From Cenarchaeum sp. (GTDB lineage Archaea > Thermoproteota > Nitrososphaeria > Nitrososphaerales > Nitrosopumilaceae): 64,000 nucleotides of DNA. Below the pieces are notes generated by a model. It was not told the origin of the DNA and made no database searches. It saw only the letters and a list, made by a program, of their open reading frames with translations. A program made the translations under genes and the position numbers. Shown piece by piece: positions 9,353 to 19,793 of the stretch. The stretch's first letter is position 1; every line of letters begins with the position of its first letter. The stretch is taken from contig OY843584.1 in the NCBI GenBank assembly GCA_963692915.1, forward strand, positions 672,001-736,000. The letters are read 5' to 3'.

Positions 9353-9814
9353 TTAGCCTTGCGAGGGCGTGCCCGTCTTTAGGGGGCGGCCCATGCACAG
9401 AACCTTGCCACGCACGCGGCTCTGAAAGTTAGAGCACACAAAGCACTTTAGGAACTGCACGTCACGGCCAAGGACAGGACAGTCCACATACTCCCGTCTC
9501 ATGCGTCGCAGCATCTTGGCGCTCACGCCCTTTATGTTGATCTTGCCGCCGGGCATCATGCCTGCCGCCATGAGCTCCTCACGCGTCTCGACGTCGATCT
9601 TTGGGGCGACCTCGTGTTCGTATATCACAACCTCGTGCTTGTGCGTCGTGGTGTTGCCCTTGCCATCAGCAGGACTAGGCGCGCCATCCTGTGCGGTCTC
9701 TGGCGCAGCTCCCTGCGCGTCAGCTACTGATTCCACCACGGCTGAAGTGTCCTGCCCCTCCGGCGCTCCTGTCACGTCAGGCTGTGGCGACACGTCACTC
9801 CGCTCCTCGCTCAA
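9353..9814 (-). CDS. hypothetical protein with disordered acidic N-terminus and Cys-rich C-terminal domain
   Basis: TTGA overlap with the ppdK stop; 'CPVL...CFVC...LC'. Confidence 0.7.
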   Translation of the reverse strand: MSEERSDVSPQPDVTGAPEGQDTSAVVESVADAQGAAPETAQDGAPSPADGKGNTTTHKHEVVIYEHEVAPKIDVETREELMAAGMMPGGKINIKGVSAKMLRRMRREYVDCPVLGRDVQFLKCFVCSNFQSRVRGKVLCMGRPLKTGTPSQG

Positions 9815-12561
9815 TCCCGCTTATCCCTCTTTTTTGGAGCCTGCGCGTTAGGGGTCGCACGTGATCGCGATGGCTTTTTGCGTGCAGAGCCAGTCGAGGC
9901 CTTGTGCGAAGACGCCTTTGCCTCTCCAAGGGCTGCTTGCGCTGCGGCCACTAGCGCTATGGGAATGCGGTGCGGCGAGGCGCTCACATAGTCGACTCCG
10001 GCAGCATGGCAGAACGCTATTGAGGCCGGATCGCCCCCGTGCTCACCGCAGATTCCGACCTCCATGCCGGCTCGTGCGGCGCGTCCTGAGGACATGCTGA
10101 TCCGCATGAGCTCGCCGACGCCGGCCTCGTCTATTGACTGGAATGGGCTAGTCGTGATGATCTCCTTTTCCATGTACTCTGGCAGAAACTTGCTCTCAGC
10201 GTCCTCGCGGCTAAAGCTGAAAGTCGCCTGCGTGAGGTCATTGGTGCCAAAGCTGAAAAACTCGGCCGTCTTTGCAAGCTCGCCAGAAGTCAGGGCTGCT
10301 CGAACCACCTCGATCATGGTGCCAAAGCTGATGCGCGGACTAACTTTGTGCTTTTTGGCAATGTCATCAGAGATGCGGTCATAGATGTCACGCACGAGGA
10401 GCAGCTCGGCGGCAGTGCCGACCTGTGGAACCATTATCTGCGCTATTGCGCGAATCTTTTTGCGCGAGAGCGATATGGCCGCCTCAAACACGGCACGTAT
10501 CTGCATCTCGTATATCTCAGGGAACGTCACGCCGACACGGACTCCCCTGTGACCCATCATCGGATTGACTTCAGAGAGGTCAACGGCGCGCTGCTGAAGG
10601 GCCTTTTCGACCTCCATCTTTCTCTTGGCCTTTATCTTGCGCAGGTGGGACATGCGCGCACCAAACTCGGCAGGGTTTGGCAAGAATTCATGGAGCGGCG
10701 GGTCGAGGAGGCGTATTGTCACGGGACGGCCGTCCATTGCACGGAGTATCTTTGCAAAGTCGTTGCGCTGCAGAACCTCGAGCTTTGCGAGGATTGCGCG
10801 GCGCTTCTCCTCGTTGTCGGCCATTATCATGTCGACAAAGAGGCCGATCCTGTCCTTTTCGTTAAACATGCGTTCGGTCCGGCACAGGCCTATTCCTTCG
10901 GCGCCGTTCTCGCGCGCTGCGCGCGCAGCCTCTGGCGTGTCGGCGTTGGCCCGCACGCCAAGCTTCTTGGAGGCGCGAGCCCAGCCGAGGATAGTCTTAA
11001 AGTCGCGCGTCACGCGCGGTGCGTTGGTCTCGACTTCCCCCGCATAGACGGTTCCGCTGTTGCCGTCGATCGTTATCGTGTCGCCCTCCCTTATCCTCGA
11101 CTCGCCTGAGACGCATATGCGCGAGTTGGTGTCGATCCTCATGGCCGAGGCTCCAACTATGCAAGGCTTGCCCATACCGCGCGCGACGACTGCCGCATGT
11201 GACGTCTTGCCGCCCTTGCTAGTGAGTATGCCGACTGACGAAAAGAACGCTGGCACGTCCTCTGGCCGCGTCTCCTCGCGGACAAGAATGACGGGCTTGC
11301 CAGACTCGGCAGCCGCCGTAGCGCGCCCCACGTCGAGGATTGCGATTCCCGTGGCAGCGCCCGGCGAGGCCGCAATGCCGGAGGTTATCTGTTGTGCGGC
11401 GCGCGCAGCAGACATGCTGATCGTCGGGTGGAGGAGCTGCTCAAGCTGCTGTGCGCCAAGGCGCATTATTGCGCGCTCGCGCCCGATGAGGCCTTCAGAG
11501 ACCATGTCAACTGACGTCTTTACCATGGCAGCGGCGTTCATCTTTGCGTTACGCGTCTGCAGGAGGTAAAAGCTGCCTGTCTCTACGGTGAACTCTATGT
11601 CCTGTGGCTCTTTAAAGTGCGTCTCGAGGAGCTTGCATGTCTCCTCGAGGCGCGCGTACATCTTTGGCATGTCCTTGCGCATCTCTGAGACTGGTTTTGG
11701 CGTCCTGCTGCCAGCAACGACATCCTCGCCCTGCGCATTGACGAGGTACTCGCCAAATATCCTCTTTTCTCCCGTGCCGGGATTTCGCGTAAAGACCACA
11801 CCAGTCGCGCTGTTTGTGCCCCTGTTGCCAAAGACCATTGTCACTATGTTTATCCCCGTCCCGTCGGCTATGTCCTTGGTGATGCCATTCTTTTCACGAT
11901 AGACGACGGCACGTTCGCCCATCCAGCTGCGAAAGACGGCCTTGATCGCAAGCTCGAGCTGCTCAGTCGCGTCTGAGGGGAACGCCCTGCCGGCATGCTT
12001 TGAGAATATCTCCTTGTAGCGCGTGACGAGGCGACGCAGCGATATGTCGTCGAGTTGAGAGTCGAGCTCCACCTTTGCTGCCCTCTTTGACTCGGCTAGT
12101 GCGGCCTCAAAGAGCGAGTCATCGATCCCAAAGACAACCTTGCCAAAGAGCTGCACGAGTCGCCTATACGAGTCCCACGCAAAACGCCGGCTCCCCGAAG
12201 ATATAGCAAGGCCCTCGACGCTAGAGTCGTTGAGGCCAACGTTGAGGATCGTGTCCATCATGCCGGGCATGGAGATTGCCGCCCCCGAGCGAACCGAGAC
12301 GAGGATGGGGTTGTTGCGCGAGCCCCATGTCTTGCCGGTTCGCTCCTCGAGCTTTGCCATACTCTTGCGAACCTGGGCCATGAGCGTAGGCGGGAGCTTG
12401 CCGCCGGCAGCATAGTAGGACTTGCACGCATCTGTCGTTATGACAAAGCCGGGCGGAACTGGCAGGCCCATGCGCGTCATCTCGCAGAGTCCGGCACCCT
12501 TGCCGCCTAGGAGCCTCCTGTTTGAGGGGTCACCCTCGTCAAAAAAGTATATTGGCTTCAT
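9811..12561 (-). CDS. ppdK: pyruvate, phosphate dikinase
   Basis: 'LLGGKGA', 'SVRSGA...SMPGMMDT', phospho-His motif 'GGKTSHAAVVARG', 'GTNDLTQ', 'GICGEHGG'. Confidence 0.97.
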   Translation of the reverse strand: MKPIYFFDEGDPSNRRLLGGKGAGLCEMTRMGLPVPPGFVITTDACKSYYAAGGKLPPTLMAQVRKSMAKLEERTGKTWGSRNNPILVSVRSGAAISMPGMMDTILNVGLNDSSVEGLAISSGSRRFAWDSYRRLVQLFGKVVFGIDDSLFEAALAESKRAAKVELDSQLDDISLRRLVTRYKEIFSKHAGRAFPSDATEQLELAIKAVFRSWMGERAVVYREKNGITKDIADGTGINIVTMVFGNRGTNSATGVVFTRNPGTGEKRIFGEYLVNAQGEDVVAGSRTPKPVSEMRKDMPKMYARLEETCKLLETHFKEPQDIEFTVETGSFYLLQTRNAKMNAAAMVKTSVDMVSEGLIGRERAIMRLGAQQLEQLLHPTISMSAARAAQQITSGIAASPGAATGIAILDVGRATAAAESGKPVILVREETRPEDVPAFFSSVGILTSKGGKTSHAAVVARGMGKPCIVGASAMRIDTNSRICVSGESRIREGDTITIDGNSGTVYAGEVETNAPRVTRDFKTILGWARASKKLGVRANADTPEAARAARENGAEGIGLCRTERMFNEKDRIGLFVDMIMADNEEKRRAILAKLEVLQRNDFAKILRAMDGRPVTIRLLDPPLHEFLPNPAEFGARMSHLRKIKAKRKMEVEKALQQRAVDLSEVNPMMGHRGVRVGVTFPEIYEMQIRAVFEAAISLSRKKIRAIAQIMVPQVGTAAELLLVRDIYDRISDDIAKKHKVSPRISFGTMIEVVRAALTSGELAKTAEFFSFGTNDLTQATFSFSREDAESKFLPEYMEKEIITTSPFQSIDEAGVGELMRISMSSGRAARAGMEVGICGEHGGDPASIAFCHAAGVDYVSASPHRIPIALVAAAQAALGEAKASSHKASTGSARKKPSRSRATPNAQAPKKRDKRD

Positions 12562-12867
12562 TCTCGTGCGCGCGCGTGATTTAGCGGTGCTTTAAAGGAT
12601 TGCCCACTTTCATGGTTTTCCAATGTGCCGTGGCGGGATTGGCCACCGGTGGACGCGCCGGCCATGGGCTCGCGGGATGGCCACGCCGGAGAGGTGGCGC
12701 GTGGGGCCGACGGGCATGGGGGCCGCCATGGGCCTGTCGTCTCAGCGGTGCCGGCCAGGCTCGTCCCATGAACGGCGCCCCGTCATGCGGCACTAGCCTG
12801 CTCCAAGGGCGGTAGGCGCGCATACGCAGAATCAGAGATATATTCGCGCGCCGTGGCGGGGTGCTGC

Positions 12868-13224
12868 ATGGAGTTTCACCCGTCGATGGTGCCCCTGGGC
12901 CCGACGTACGATGTGGCCGACGAGCGAGGGGCCGCCGAGGCCGCCGGTGAGATCGCCTCGGCATGGTCGCCTGGATCAGGCAAGGGCTTCAAGGTCCTCA
13001 TGCCAAAGGAGAAAAAGCTCGCACAGCGGATGGGCCACACGGTCATGACGACGGTCAGCTATATGCTGCGAAAGGCCGGCATGGAGCGCGACGTCAGGTA
13101 CTGGGTGTACCACGAGGACGCCGAGCACTATGCCATAGTCCTCGTCGACTCGGCGACGCTAGCGGGGATCGAATCCAAGGCGGAGCTTGCCGGAGATGAG
13201 TCCGGCGATGAGAAGCCCAAGTAG
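12868..13224 (+). CDS. hypothetical protein
   Basis: ORF 'MEFHPSMVP...VRYWVYHED' with protein-like composition. Confidence 0.7.
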   Translation: MEFHPSMVPLGPTYDVADERGAAEAAGEIASAWSPGSGKGFKVLMPKEKKLAQRMGHTVMTTVSYMLRKAGMERDVRYWVYHEDAEHYAIVLVDSATLAGIESKAELAGDESGDEKPK

Positions 13225-13818
13225 CGCACCGCCAATGACATCAGACGGATAGTGCTGCAGGACATACACGCGCGAGACCGAGACCATTGCCGGATAGAGC
13301 AGCATGAGGTACGCGGCCGCGCCCAGTCTGGGGTACAGCGCAGCCCCAAGAACGAGCCCAAAGACTGCGGCGCGCGAGGCGTGGCCTGACGGGAATGACG
13401 CCGAGTATCCGCCCTCGCAAAAGAGCGAGTACGTGTCTGCGCCAATTCCGAGCGGCAGCGTTGCGCCCATGTACTCTAGGCCTGGCCTGTCACGCTCTAT
13501 GCCACACTTTGCGTATCCGGTGGCGAGTGTCGCGATGACAAGGGAGATCATTATCGCGAGGCCAATTTTCCGTGTTGGCCTGATGATAAGTATTATGACG
13601 CCAAAGATGAACATATAGTAAATGTCGCCAGTCTCGGTGATCACGTGCATGATGAGGTCTGCCGTGTCGTTCTGCCCGCTGACTGTCTGTGTGGCCTCGA
13701 TGACTGCCTCGTCGAGTGGCGTGAGGACGCCCTGCATGACTAGGAGCGTCGTGGCCACGAGGAGGACCGAGAGAAGCGCCGTGGGACGTGACCTCACCTC
13801 GAATGCCCAGCTACGCAT
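13159..13818 (-). CDS. PAP2-family membrane phosphatase
   Basis: 'KCGIERDRP', 'SFPSGH', 'SRVYVLQHYPSDV'. Confidence 0.92.
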   Translation of the reverse strand: MRSWAFEVRSRPTALLSVLLVATTLLVMQGVLTPLDEAVIEATQTVSGQNDTADLIMHVITETGDIYYMFIFGVIILIIRPTRKIGLAIMISLVIATLATGYAKCGIERDRPGLEYMGATLPLGIGADTYSLFCEGGYSASFPSGHASRAAVFGLVLGAALYPRLGAAAYLMLLYPAMVSVSRVYVLQHYPSDVIGGALLGLLIAGLISGKLRLGFDPR

Positions 13819-14135
13819 GATGGGCGAGAGGCAAAAGGCCGTGTTTTTAATCATTTAGGCACGGAAAAGCAATGTTGGTAAAAATGTAACGTGTGTAAGG
13901 ACACCTGATCAGGGTTTGGAGAATATGTGTAAGTTTGTATAATTAATGGACAGAGTCTCGCAACATCACCACGTCTTTATCGATTGTGATAACCCAGCTG
14001 ATTTTTCTGCAGTCATGAATAAAAGCTGCCAGTGGGGCAAAGGGCACACTAACATTTATGCTAGGAACTGGCATGGGCATCAGCACAACGTCAACAAATG
14101 TTTGATGCGTGTAATTGTTGTCACTATTGCGCACA

Positions 14136-14729
14136 CTATATCGGAAACTTCATCCCAAGAACTCGTCTTGTGGTGTCATGTGCGCCTGCCAGGCTCTTGA
14201 CTACTTCCCAGTTGTGAGGTTCGGCGATGATATCGCTCACCTTTGGAGGAACGCCGTGCCTCCAGTCGTCATTACCGCCCAGAGCCGCCACGTACATCCT
14301 CTCACGCACACCTGTCGCCGAGACGGACTTGCGCGCTCCCACAATTGGCCGCAGGCCGTAGGCCTTTAGCGCAAACCACTCGGCTCTGTCACCGGTGTAT
14401 GTGAAATAGTCATCACCAGCCTCGGCCGCTATGCTTCGCCGCAGGCTCCAGGATGCGCGTGAGAGCAGCGGCGGCAGGTATCGAGAAAAGGGAGCCGTGA
14501 ACGTGTATGCGCGCGAGACGAAGACCGAGTCTCCAAATAGCGCCCTTATCATCCGCTTGCGAGCATCATACGTGAACGGAAAGCTGCGGCTGTTGACCTC
14601 GATCCCGTCACGCATGAACGTGACGGGCATGACGATGACCGAGTCGGCCATGCCGCGCAGCTCGGAGATTATCTGCTCGTGAGCCACGGTCACAGGATTT
14701 ACGTGCGCAAGATACAGGGCAGTCTTCAA
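14136..14729 (-). CDS. cytidylyltransferase/NMNAT-like nucleotidyltransferase (HIGH superfamily)
   Basis: N-terminal 'LAHVNPVTVAH', 'PFTYDARKRMI', 'VSATGVRERM...WRHGVP'. Confidence 0.75.
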   Translation of the reverse strand: MKTALYLAHVNPVTVAHEQIISELRGMADSVIVMPVTFMRDGIEVNSRSFPFTYDARKRMIRALFGDSVFVSRAYTFTAPFSRYLPPLLSRASWSLRRSIAAEAGDDYFTYTGDRAEWFALKAYGLRPIVGARKSVSATGVRERMYVAALGGNDDWRHGVPPKVSDIIAEPHNWEVVKSLAGAHDTTRRVLGMKFPI

Positions 14730-14828
14730 CGCCCCACGAGCGACGCGTTGCCGTATTTCAAGGTGTGGCGTAAGTCCGGAGACCCGGCGCCCAAACGGTT
14801 TTTAGCTCGCATCATCGGCACGCACGCC

Positions 14829-14969
14829 ATGAAGGATCCCGTCTGCGGAATGGAGGTCAGCGAGGGCTCTGAGGCAGTCACGGGTCCGGATGGCAAGACA
14901 CATCGTTTTTGCTGCGCGGCGTGCCGCTGGGCCTTTGAGCGAGACCCCGAGAGGTTCTCTAGACCATGA
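14829..14969 (+). CDS. YHS/TRASH-domain small metal-binding protein
   Basis: 'MKDPVCGMEV...FCCAACRWAFERDPERF'. Confidence 0.88.
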   Translation: MKDPVCGMEVSEGSEAVTGPDGKTHRFCCAACRWAFERDPERFSRP

Positions 14970-16812
14970 GCTGTGCGCGTGCCGAGAGGAGGCGCGGCAG
15001 GTTGGGCGCAGATGCCGGCATGCCTTGCGTGACTAAAGATATCGCGCCGGCGAGCTCGTCGACTGACATGTCAGACGTCTGGCCGGTCATGCGAGAGCGC
15101 ACGCTGAGCTTGCCGGATTCGGCCTCGGCGGCGCCTATCACGACAATGTGGTGAATCCACTCCTTTTCGGCCTGCCTTATGCGCTTGCCGATGCTCTCAG
15201 AGCGGTCATCAATGTCAACGCGCGCGCCAGAGGCGGCAAGCGCGTCGGCGACCTCGATGGCGCGCGCGTTGTGCTCGGCCGAGAGCGGGATTATGCGAGC
15301 CTGCGTGGGCGAGAGCCAGAGCGGAAGCGAGGGCTTTGAGCCGGTCCGAGAGTCGCGCGCGGCGTTCTCTAGGAGCGCATACATTACGCGCTCGACGGCC
15401 CCACTGGGAGAGTTGTGCAGGATTATCGGGTACTTTAGCGAGCCGTCAACGGCGGCAAAGCGTATCGCATAGCGCTCGCCGTTCTCGACGTCTATCTGGT
15501 CAGTCGAGAGCGCAGAGGCCTTGCCGGACGCATCGACATAGTTAAACTCCCACTTTAGGACAAAGTAAAAGAACCGCTCTTGCCACATCTCGACTAGCAT
15601 GGGCCGGCCGTGGCGCTCAGCAAGGCGCCTGACGGCATCGCCGTTGCCCTCGTAAAACTCGCGCGTGAGGCGAACGGACATTTCATAGTCTGATGACGCA
15701 AGGCCGATTCCCTCCATGACCGAGCGAGAGAGATCAAACCGCGTCTCTAGCTCGGATATCGCCTGGTCCATGTCCGCGCAGAACGCATGGCAGTCCGGCA
15801 TTGTGAACGCGCGCAGTCGGCGCAGGCCAACTAGCTCGCCGGACTGCTCGCGCCGAAAGCTATAGCGCGTGAGCTCGTACAGCCTGTACGGCATGTTGTG
15901 GTGCGAGAGCTGGGCCTGCGCGGCTATGAGAAACTGGCCAAAGCACGCCGCAAAGCGCAAAAAGAACCGCCTGCCCTCAGAGTCAATGTTGTACTGGCGT
16001 GCCGGAAAGCGGTCAAAATAGCTCTTCATGCTGGGGTGCGCCGAGTCGTACATTATGGGAGTCTCGACCTCTGATGCCCCGTACGCGCGCACGCGCTCAG
16101 TCACATAGCGCTCGATGAGCGACTTTACGAGGCGGCCGTTGGGCAAAAACCTCATGTTGCCCGAGTCAGATGCCGGCTCATAGTCGGCCATGCCCATCTT
16201 TTTCATCAGCGCCACGTGGGCAGGGGCGTCATCGGCGCTGCGCGTGCCAGACTCCTCGTGCGCATATAGCCTGCGCAGCGAGTCATGGGCAGCAAAGTCA
16301 AATCCGGCCGCATCGTGGAGCGTGCCGTCCGGCGTGAGGACATGCCACGTCGACTCTAGGCGCGACTCGGAGCCTAGCGCAGACGGCACGTCGGCCTCGG
16401 CAGGCTCGCCGGGCTCAAAGACGCGCAGGCTCTCGGCGAGGGGGTGCGCCTTTACGCGCACGGCGTATGACTTTGTCCAGCCAAACGGCGCGCGGCTCAC
16501 CTCGGTGGCCTTGATTGCGGATGCTACCTCGCGCAGCACCCCAAAGGCGTCCTGCGGCGGCGCAAGCGACGAGCTCAGGTGCGCGTACGGGTACACGAGG
16601 ACGCGCGCGCACCCAAGGCGCGAGGCCAGTGACGTAATGTCCTCGGCCGCACGCGCCGCAGTGCCCGAATCATCGCCGGTCTCGACTGCGATAAAGGCGA
16701 CGAGAACGTTCTCGAGGCGCACCGTGCCGCCGTCGGCCTCCTCGGCGGACTCTATCTCCTTGGCAGTGGCCGTGTACTCTATGCTGTCACAGTGCAGCTG
16801 CAGAACCCTCAT
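14959..16812 (-). CDS. thrS: threonine--tRNA ligase with archaeal editing domain
   Basis: 'MRVLQLHCD', 'YPYAHLS', 'LRFAAC', 'FRREQSGEL.GLRRLRAFTMPD'. Confidence 0.97.
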   Translation of the reverse strand: MRVLQLHCDSIEYTATAKEIESAEEADGGTVRLENVLVAFIAVETGDDSGTAARAAEDITSLASRLGCARVLVYPYAHLSSSLAPPQDAFGVLREVASAIKATEVSRAPFGWTKSYAVRVKAHPLAESLRVFEPGEPAEADVPSALGSESRLESTWHVLTPDGTLHDAAGFDFAAHDSLRRLYAHEESGTRSADDAPAHVALMKKMGMADYEPASDSGNMRFLPNGRLVKSLIERYVTERVRAYGASEVETPIMYDSAHPSMKSYFDRFPARQYNIDSEGRRFFLRFAACFGQFLIAAQAQLSHHNMPYRLYELTRYSFRREQSGELVGLRRLRAFTMPDCHAFCADMDQAISELETRFDLSRSVMEGIGLASSDYEMSVRLTREFYEGNGDAVRRLAERHGRPMLVEMWQERFFYFVLKWEFNYVDASGKASALSTDQIDVENGERYAIRFAAVDGSLKYPIILHNSPSGAVERVMYALLENAARDSRTGSKPSLPLWLSPTQARIIPLSAEHNARAIEVADALAASGARVDIDDRSESIGKRIRQAEKEWIHHIVVIGAAEAESGKLSVRSRMTGQTSDMSVDELAGAISLVTQGMPASAPNLPRLLSARAQLMV

Positions 16813-16903
16813 GCGGCACGGCGCGCAGGCACAATTGAATTAAGTGTTGTGGGGAATGCTGGCCTGTGCGCCACAGTCATCACAGACGACAGGCACCCGA
16901 TCC

Positions 16904-19783
16904 CTACTCGACGAGGATCGCCGGCTTGAACGCGCGCGCAGTCTTGGCCTTGCCGCGCGGGTCATCCGGGCCGGCATCAGACTCGGCGAGAACGACAAGG
17001 CTGGCGCCAAGCTCGGCCTGAACGAGCGGGCCGAGGCCCGACTCGTATGTCGCTGCCTCATCAAGCGGGCCGGCCCCCGCCATGAGGTGCCTGTTACGGG
17101 GAGTCTCGGAGAGAATGTCAGCAAGCGTCTTTTTGACAAATGCCGCATCGCGGCGCACGTCTGCCGTGCCGGCATCCTCGCCGAGCGCGCGCATCATCGA
17201 GCCCAGGTCGGCGGCCCCGCCCTCGGCTGCCCCGAGCATAAGCGAGTGTGCGCGCGACTTTGCCTCGCCGGCCACGTAGAGCGTGATCCTCGAGGCCTCT
17301 ATGCCCGTAGTCTTTAGTATCTTTTGAATGTCGGCCATCGCCGAGGAGACGAGTGACTCGGCGAGGAGCATTCGCGCATCGCCCTCGTGCGGGGTCACAT
17401 CAGGCCACGGCGATGATGACACCATGCCGGCGTTTCCAAGGGCCGCCCACATCTCCTCGGCGGCATGCGGTGCAAACGGGGAGAGGAGTGCGGCGCGCGC
17501 AGACCACGCCTCGCGCAGTGCGGCCACGCCTGCGCCGCCGGTGGAGCCGGCGCGGCGCGCGTGCCATGCGAGATCAGAGTCAAGGCCGGATATAACGTGA
17601 CGGACGGCCTCGCGGAGGCGCATCTTTTCGACGAGCTCGGAGACTGTTGCCGCAGTCTCGCGCACGCGCGCGCCGAGCCACACGTCAGCTGGGGTTGCGT
17701 CGCCCTGTGCTGCCGCACCAAGGCGCGCGCACTCGGCCATCATCGACTCGAGGTGCCTCGAGGATGAGCGCACAAGATCCATCTTAAAGTCCGCATCCTG
17801 CAATAGCTCTGCAGACGACAGGATCGCCAGGCGTATGGGGTCGGCCCCGTGCTCGCGAACCGCCTGCCGGAGCGGGATTATATTGCTCATCGACTTTGAC
17901 ATCTTTTTGCCCTCCATGAGGACAGAGCCGTTCACGACTATCTGGCGCGGCCAGTGTCCCTCGGGGAAGATGAGCGCGTGGTTGAAGACAAAGAACGAGA
18001 GGTGGTTTGGCACGAGGTCACGGCCCGAGTGCCGCGAGTCGACGGGATAAAAGTACTCAAACTCTGCCCTTATCTCGGAGATCGTGCGCTCATCTGATCC
18101 ACAAGATGCTGCCACGGACGCCGCATCGCCGAGGCCAAGAAACACGTGGTCAAAGAACGCGTCATCGAGTGACTCGGTCTCGATGAGGCCCTCGTTGACA
18201 AAGCGCGAGACGACATAGTATGCCATGTATATGACCGAGTCTGACAGGCTCTCGACTATCCAGCCGTCATCCCACGGCAGGCGCGTCCCCAGGCCGCTCT
18301 GGCGCGCGCACGCGCGCTCGCGCAGCCACCCAAACACGTGGTCAAACTCTGGCCTCATGTCAGCGGGGACTATCTCGAGGCGCCCAAGGGCGCGGCGCGC
18401 AGTCTCCTTCCACTCGGGGCTCGAATAGTCAAGAAACCACTGGTTGCTCAGGACATGGACGACGCACTCGGTCCCGCAGCGGCACACTATGGGCGGATTG
18501 GAGAACTCGTACATTGCGCCCGGCGGGCCGTCCTGCACGCGCGCAAGCCACGCAGAGGCGGCCTCCTTTGCGTCCTGCGCGCCCATTCCCGCAAGGTCAC
18601 CGGTGTTCTCGAGCATCGTGCCCCCATAGTACTCGGCAGCATAGAGCTTTTTTGTGAGCTCCTCGAGCCTCGCGTCATCCTGCGAGGCCACGCCGGCGCC
18701 AGAGACGAGGGATGCTGCCGGATTGTCGCCATGGCCGTCAGTGGAAATTATGCGGATGGGCTCGATCTGCGCGGCGAACGAGGCGGCCTCGCCGGAGGCG
18801 CCGCGCAGGTCGGCGAGTGCCGCATGGTCATATGGCGCGTGGGCAGGCACGGACATTACGGCACCTGTCCCGACGTTGCCGCGCACAAAGCTCGCAGGCA
18901 GGACACGCACGTCTCGCCCGATGCCTGGAATGCGCGCGACGCGCCCAACGAGCTCCGAGCCGGCCACGGCCTCGCCGCCAAGCGCGCGCGCGCCGGCATC
19001 AAGGTGCGCAAGCTTGGAGGCGCACTCGGGACTCACAAGCCACACAGAGCCGCCTACGTCGACCTTGACGTATCCAATCTCGGGGTTTATCCACATGTTC
19101 GTCACCCCGTATATCGTCTCTGGCCTCATCGTTGCTGCCGGCAGGACCGTCCCGTCATCGAGCTCCACGCGCACGATCGAGTATTCCACAAAGTCCGGCT
19201 CGACGTCCCCGCGCGTGTCATGCTGCGAGACAGGGTTGGAGTCACGCGGGCACCACCCCACGGGGTGCGAGCCCTGCACAATGACGCCGCGCTTGCGCAG
19301 GAGGCGAACCTGCCACGCGATGAACTTTTGGTATGCGGCATCTATCGTCGTAAACTCGCGGCTCCAGTCAATAGAGTAGCCCATCTCGACCATGCCAGAG
19401 CGTATCTCGGCGTGAAAATAGCGCGCAATGTTGACCGGTTCGGTGAACTCGGCGATCCGCTCGTGCGGAACCCCATACAGGTCAACGAGGCCAGATATCA
19501 GGCCCTCATCACCGGACTCTATTCGCGCGGCCATTCCAAGTATTGGCGTGCCCGTGTAGTGGAACGCCATCGGAAAGAGGACGTTGCGGCCTCGCATGCG
19601 CTCAAAGCGCGCATGGACGTCGGCCAGCGTGTACGTCCGGCCGTGGCCTATGTGCTGCGGAGAGTTTGGGTAGGGGTACGCGACGGTGATAAAGCGCTTT
19701 TCGCGTGACGCGTCGACTCGCGCGGCCTCTGTGCCGCTCCATCGCGCGCGCCACTTTGACTCTATTGCGCCCCAGTCGGCCAT
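16904..19783 (-). CDS. leuS: leucine--tRNA ligase
   Basis: 'AYPYPNSPQHIGH', 'KMSKS', 'IVESLSDSVIY'. Confidence 0.97.
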   Translation of the reverse strand: MADWGAIESKWRARWSGTEAARVDASREKRFITVAYPYPNSPQHIGHGRTYTLADVHARFERMRGRNVLFPMAFHYTGTPILGMAARIESGDEGLISGLVDLYGVPHERIAEFTEPVNIARYFHAEIRSGMVEMGYSIDWSREFTTIDAAYQKFIAWQVRLLRKRGVIVQGSHPVGWCPRDSNPVSQHDTRGDVEPDFVEYSIVRVELDDGTVLPAATMRPETIYGVTNMWINPEIGYVKVDVGGSVWLVSPECASKLAHLDAGARALGGEAVAGSELVGRVARIPGIGRDVRVLPASFVRGNVGTGAVMSVPAHAPYDHAALADLRGASGEAASFAAQIEPIRIISTDGHGDNPAASLVSGAGVASQDDARLEELTKKLYAAEYYGGTMLENTGDLAGMGAQDAKEAASAWLARVQDGPPGAMYEFSNPPIVCRCGTECVVHVLSNQWFLDYSSPEWKETARRALGRLEIVPADMRPEFDHVFGWLRERACARQSGLGTRLPWDDGWIVESLSDSVIYMAYYVVSRFVNEGLIETESLDDAFFDHVFLGLGDAASVAASCGSDERTISEIRAEFEYFYPVDSRHSGRDLVPNHLSFFVFNHALIFPEGHWPRQIVVNGSVLMEGKKMSKSMSNIIPLRQAVREHGADPIRLAILSSAELLQDADFKMDLVRSSSRHLESMMAECARLGAAAQGDATPADVWLGARVRETAATVSELVEKMRLREAVRHVISGLDSDLAWHARRAGSTGGAGVAALREAWSARAALLSPFAPHAAEEMWAALGNAGMVSSSPWPDVTPHEGDARMLLAESLVSSAMADIQKILKTTGIEASRITLYVAGEAKSRAHSLMLGAAEGGAADLGSMMRALGEDAGTADVRRDAAFVKKTLADILSETPRNRHLMAGAGPLDEAATYESGLGPLVQAELGASLVVLAESDAGPDDPRGKAKTARAFKPAILVE

Positions 19784-19793
19784 CGTGGAGCCC

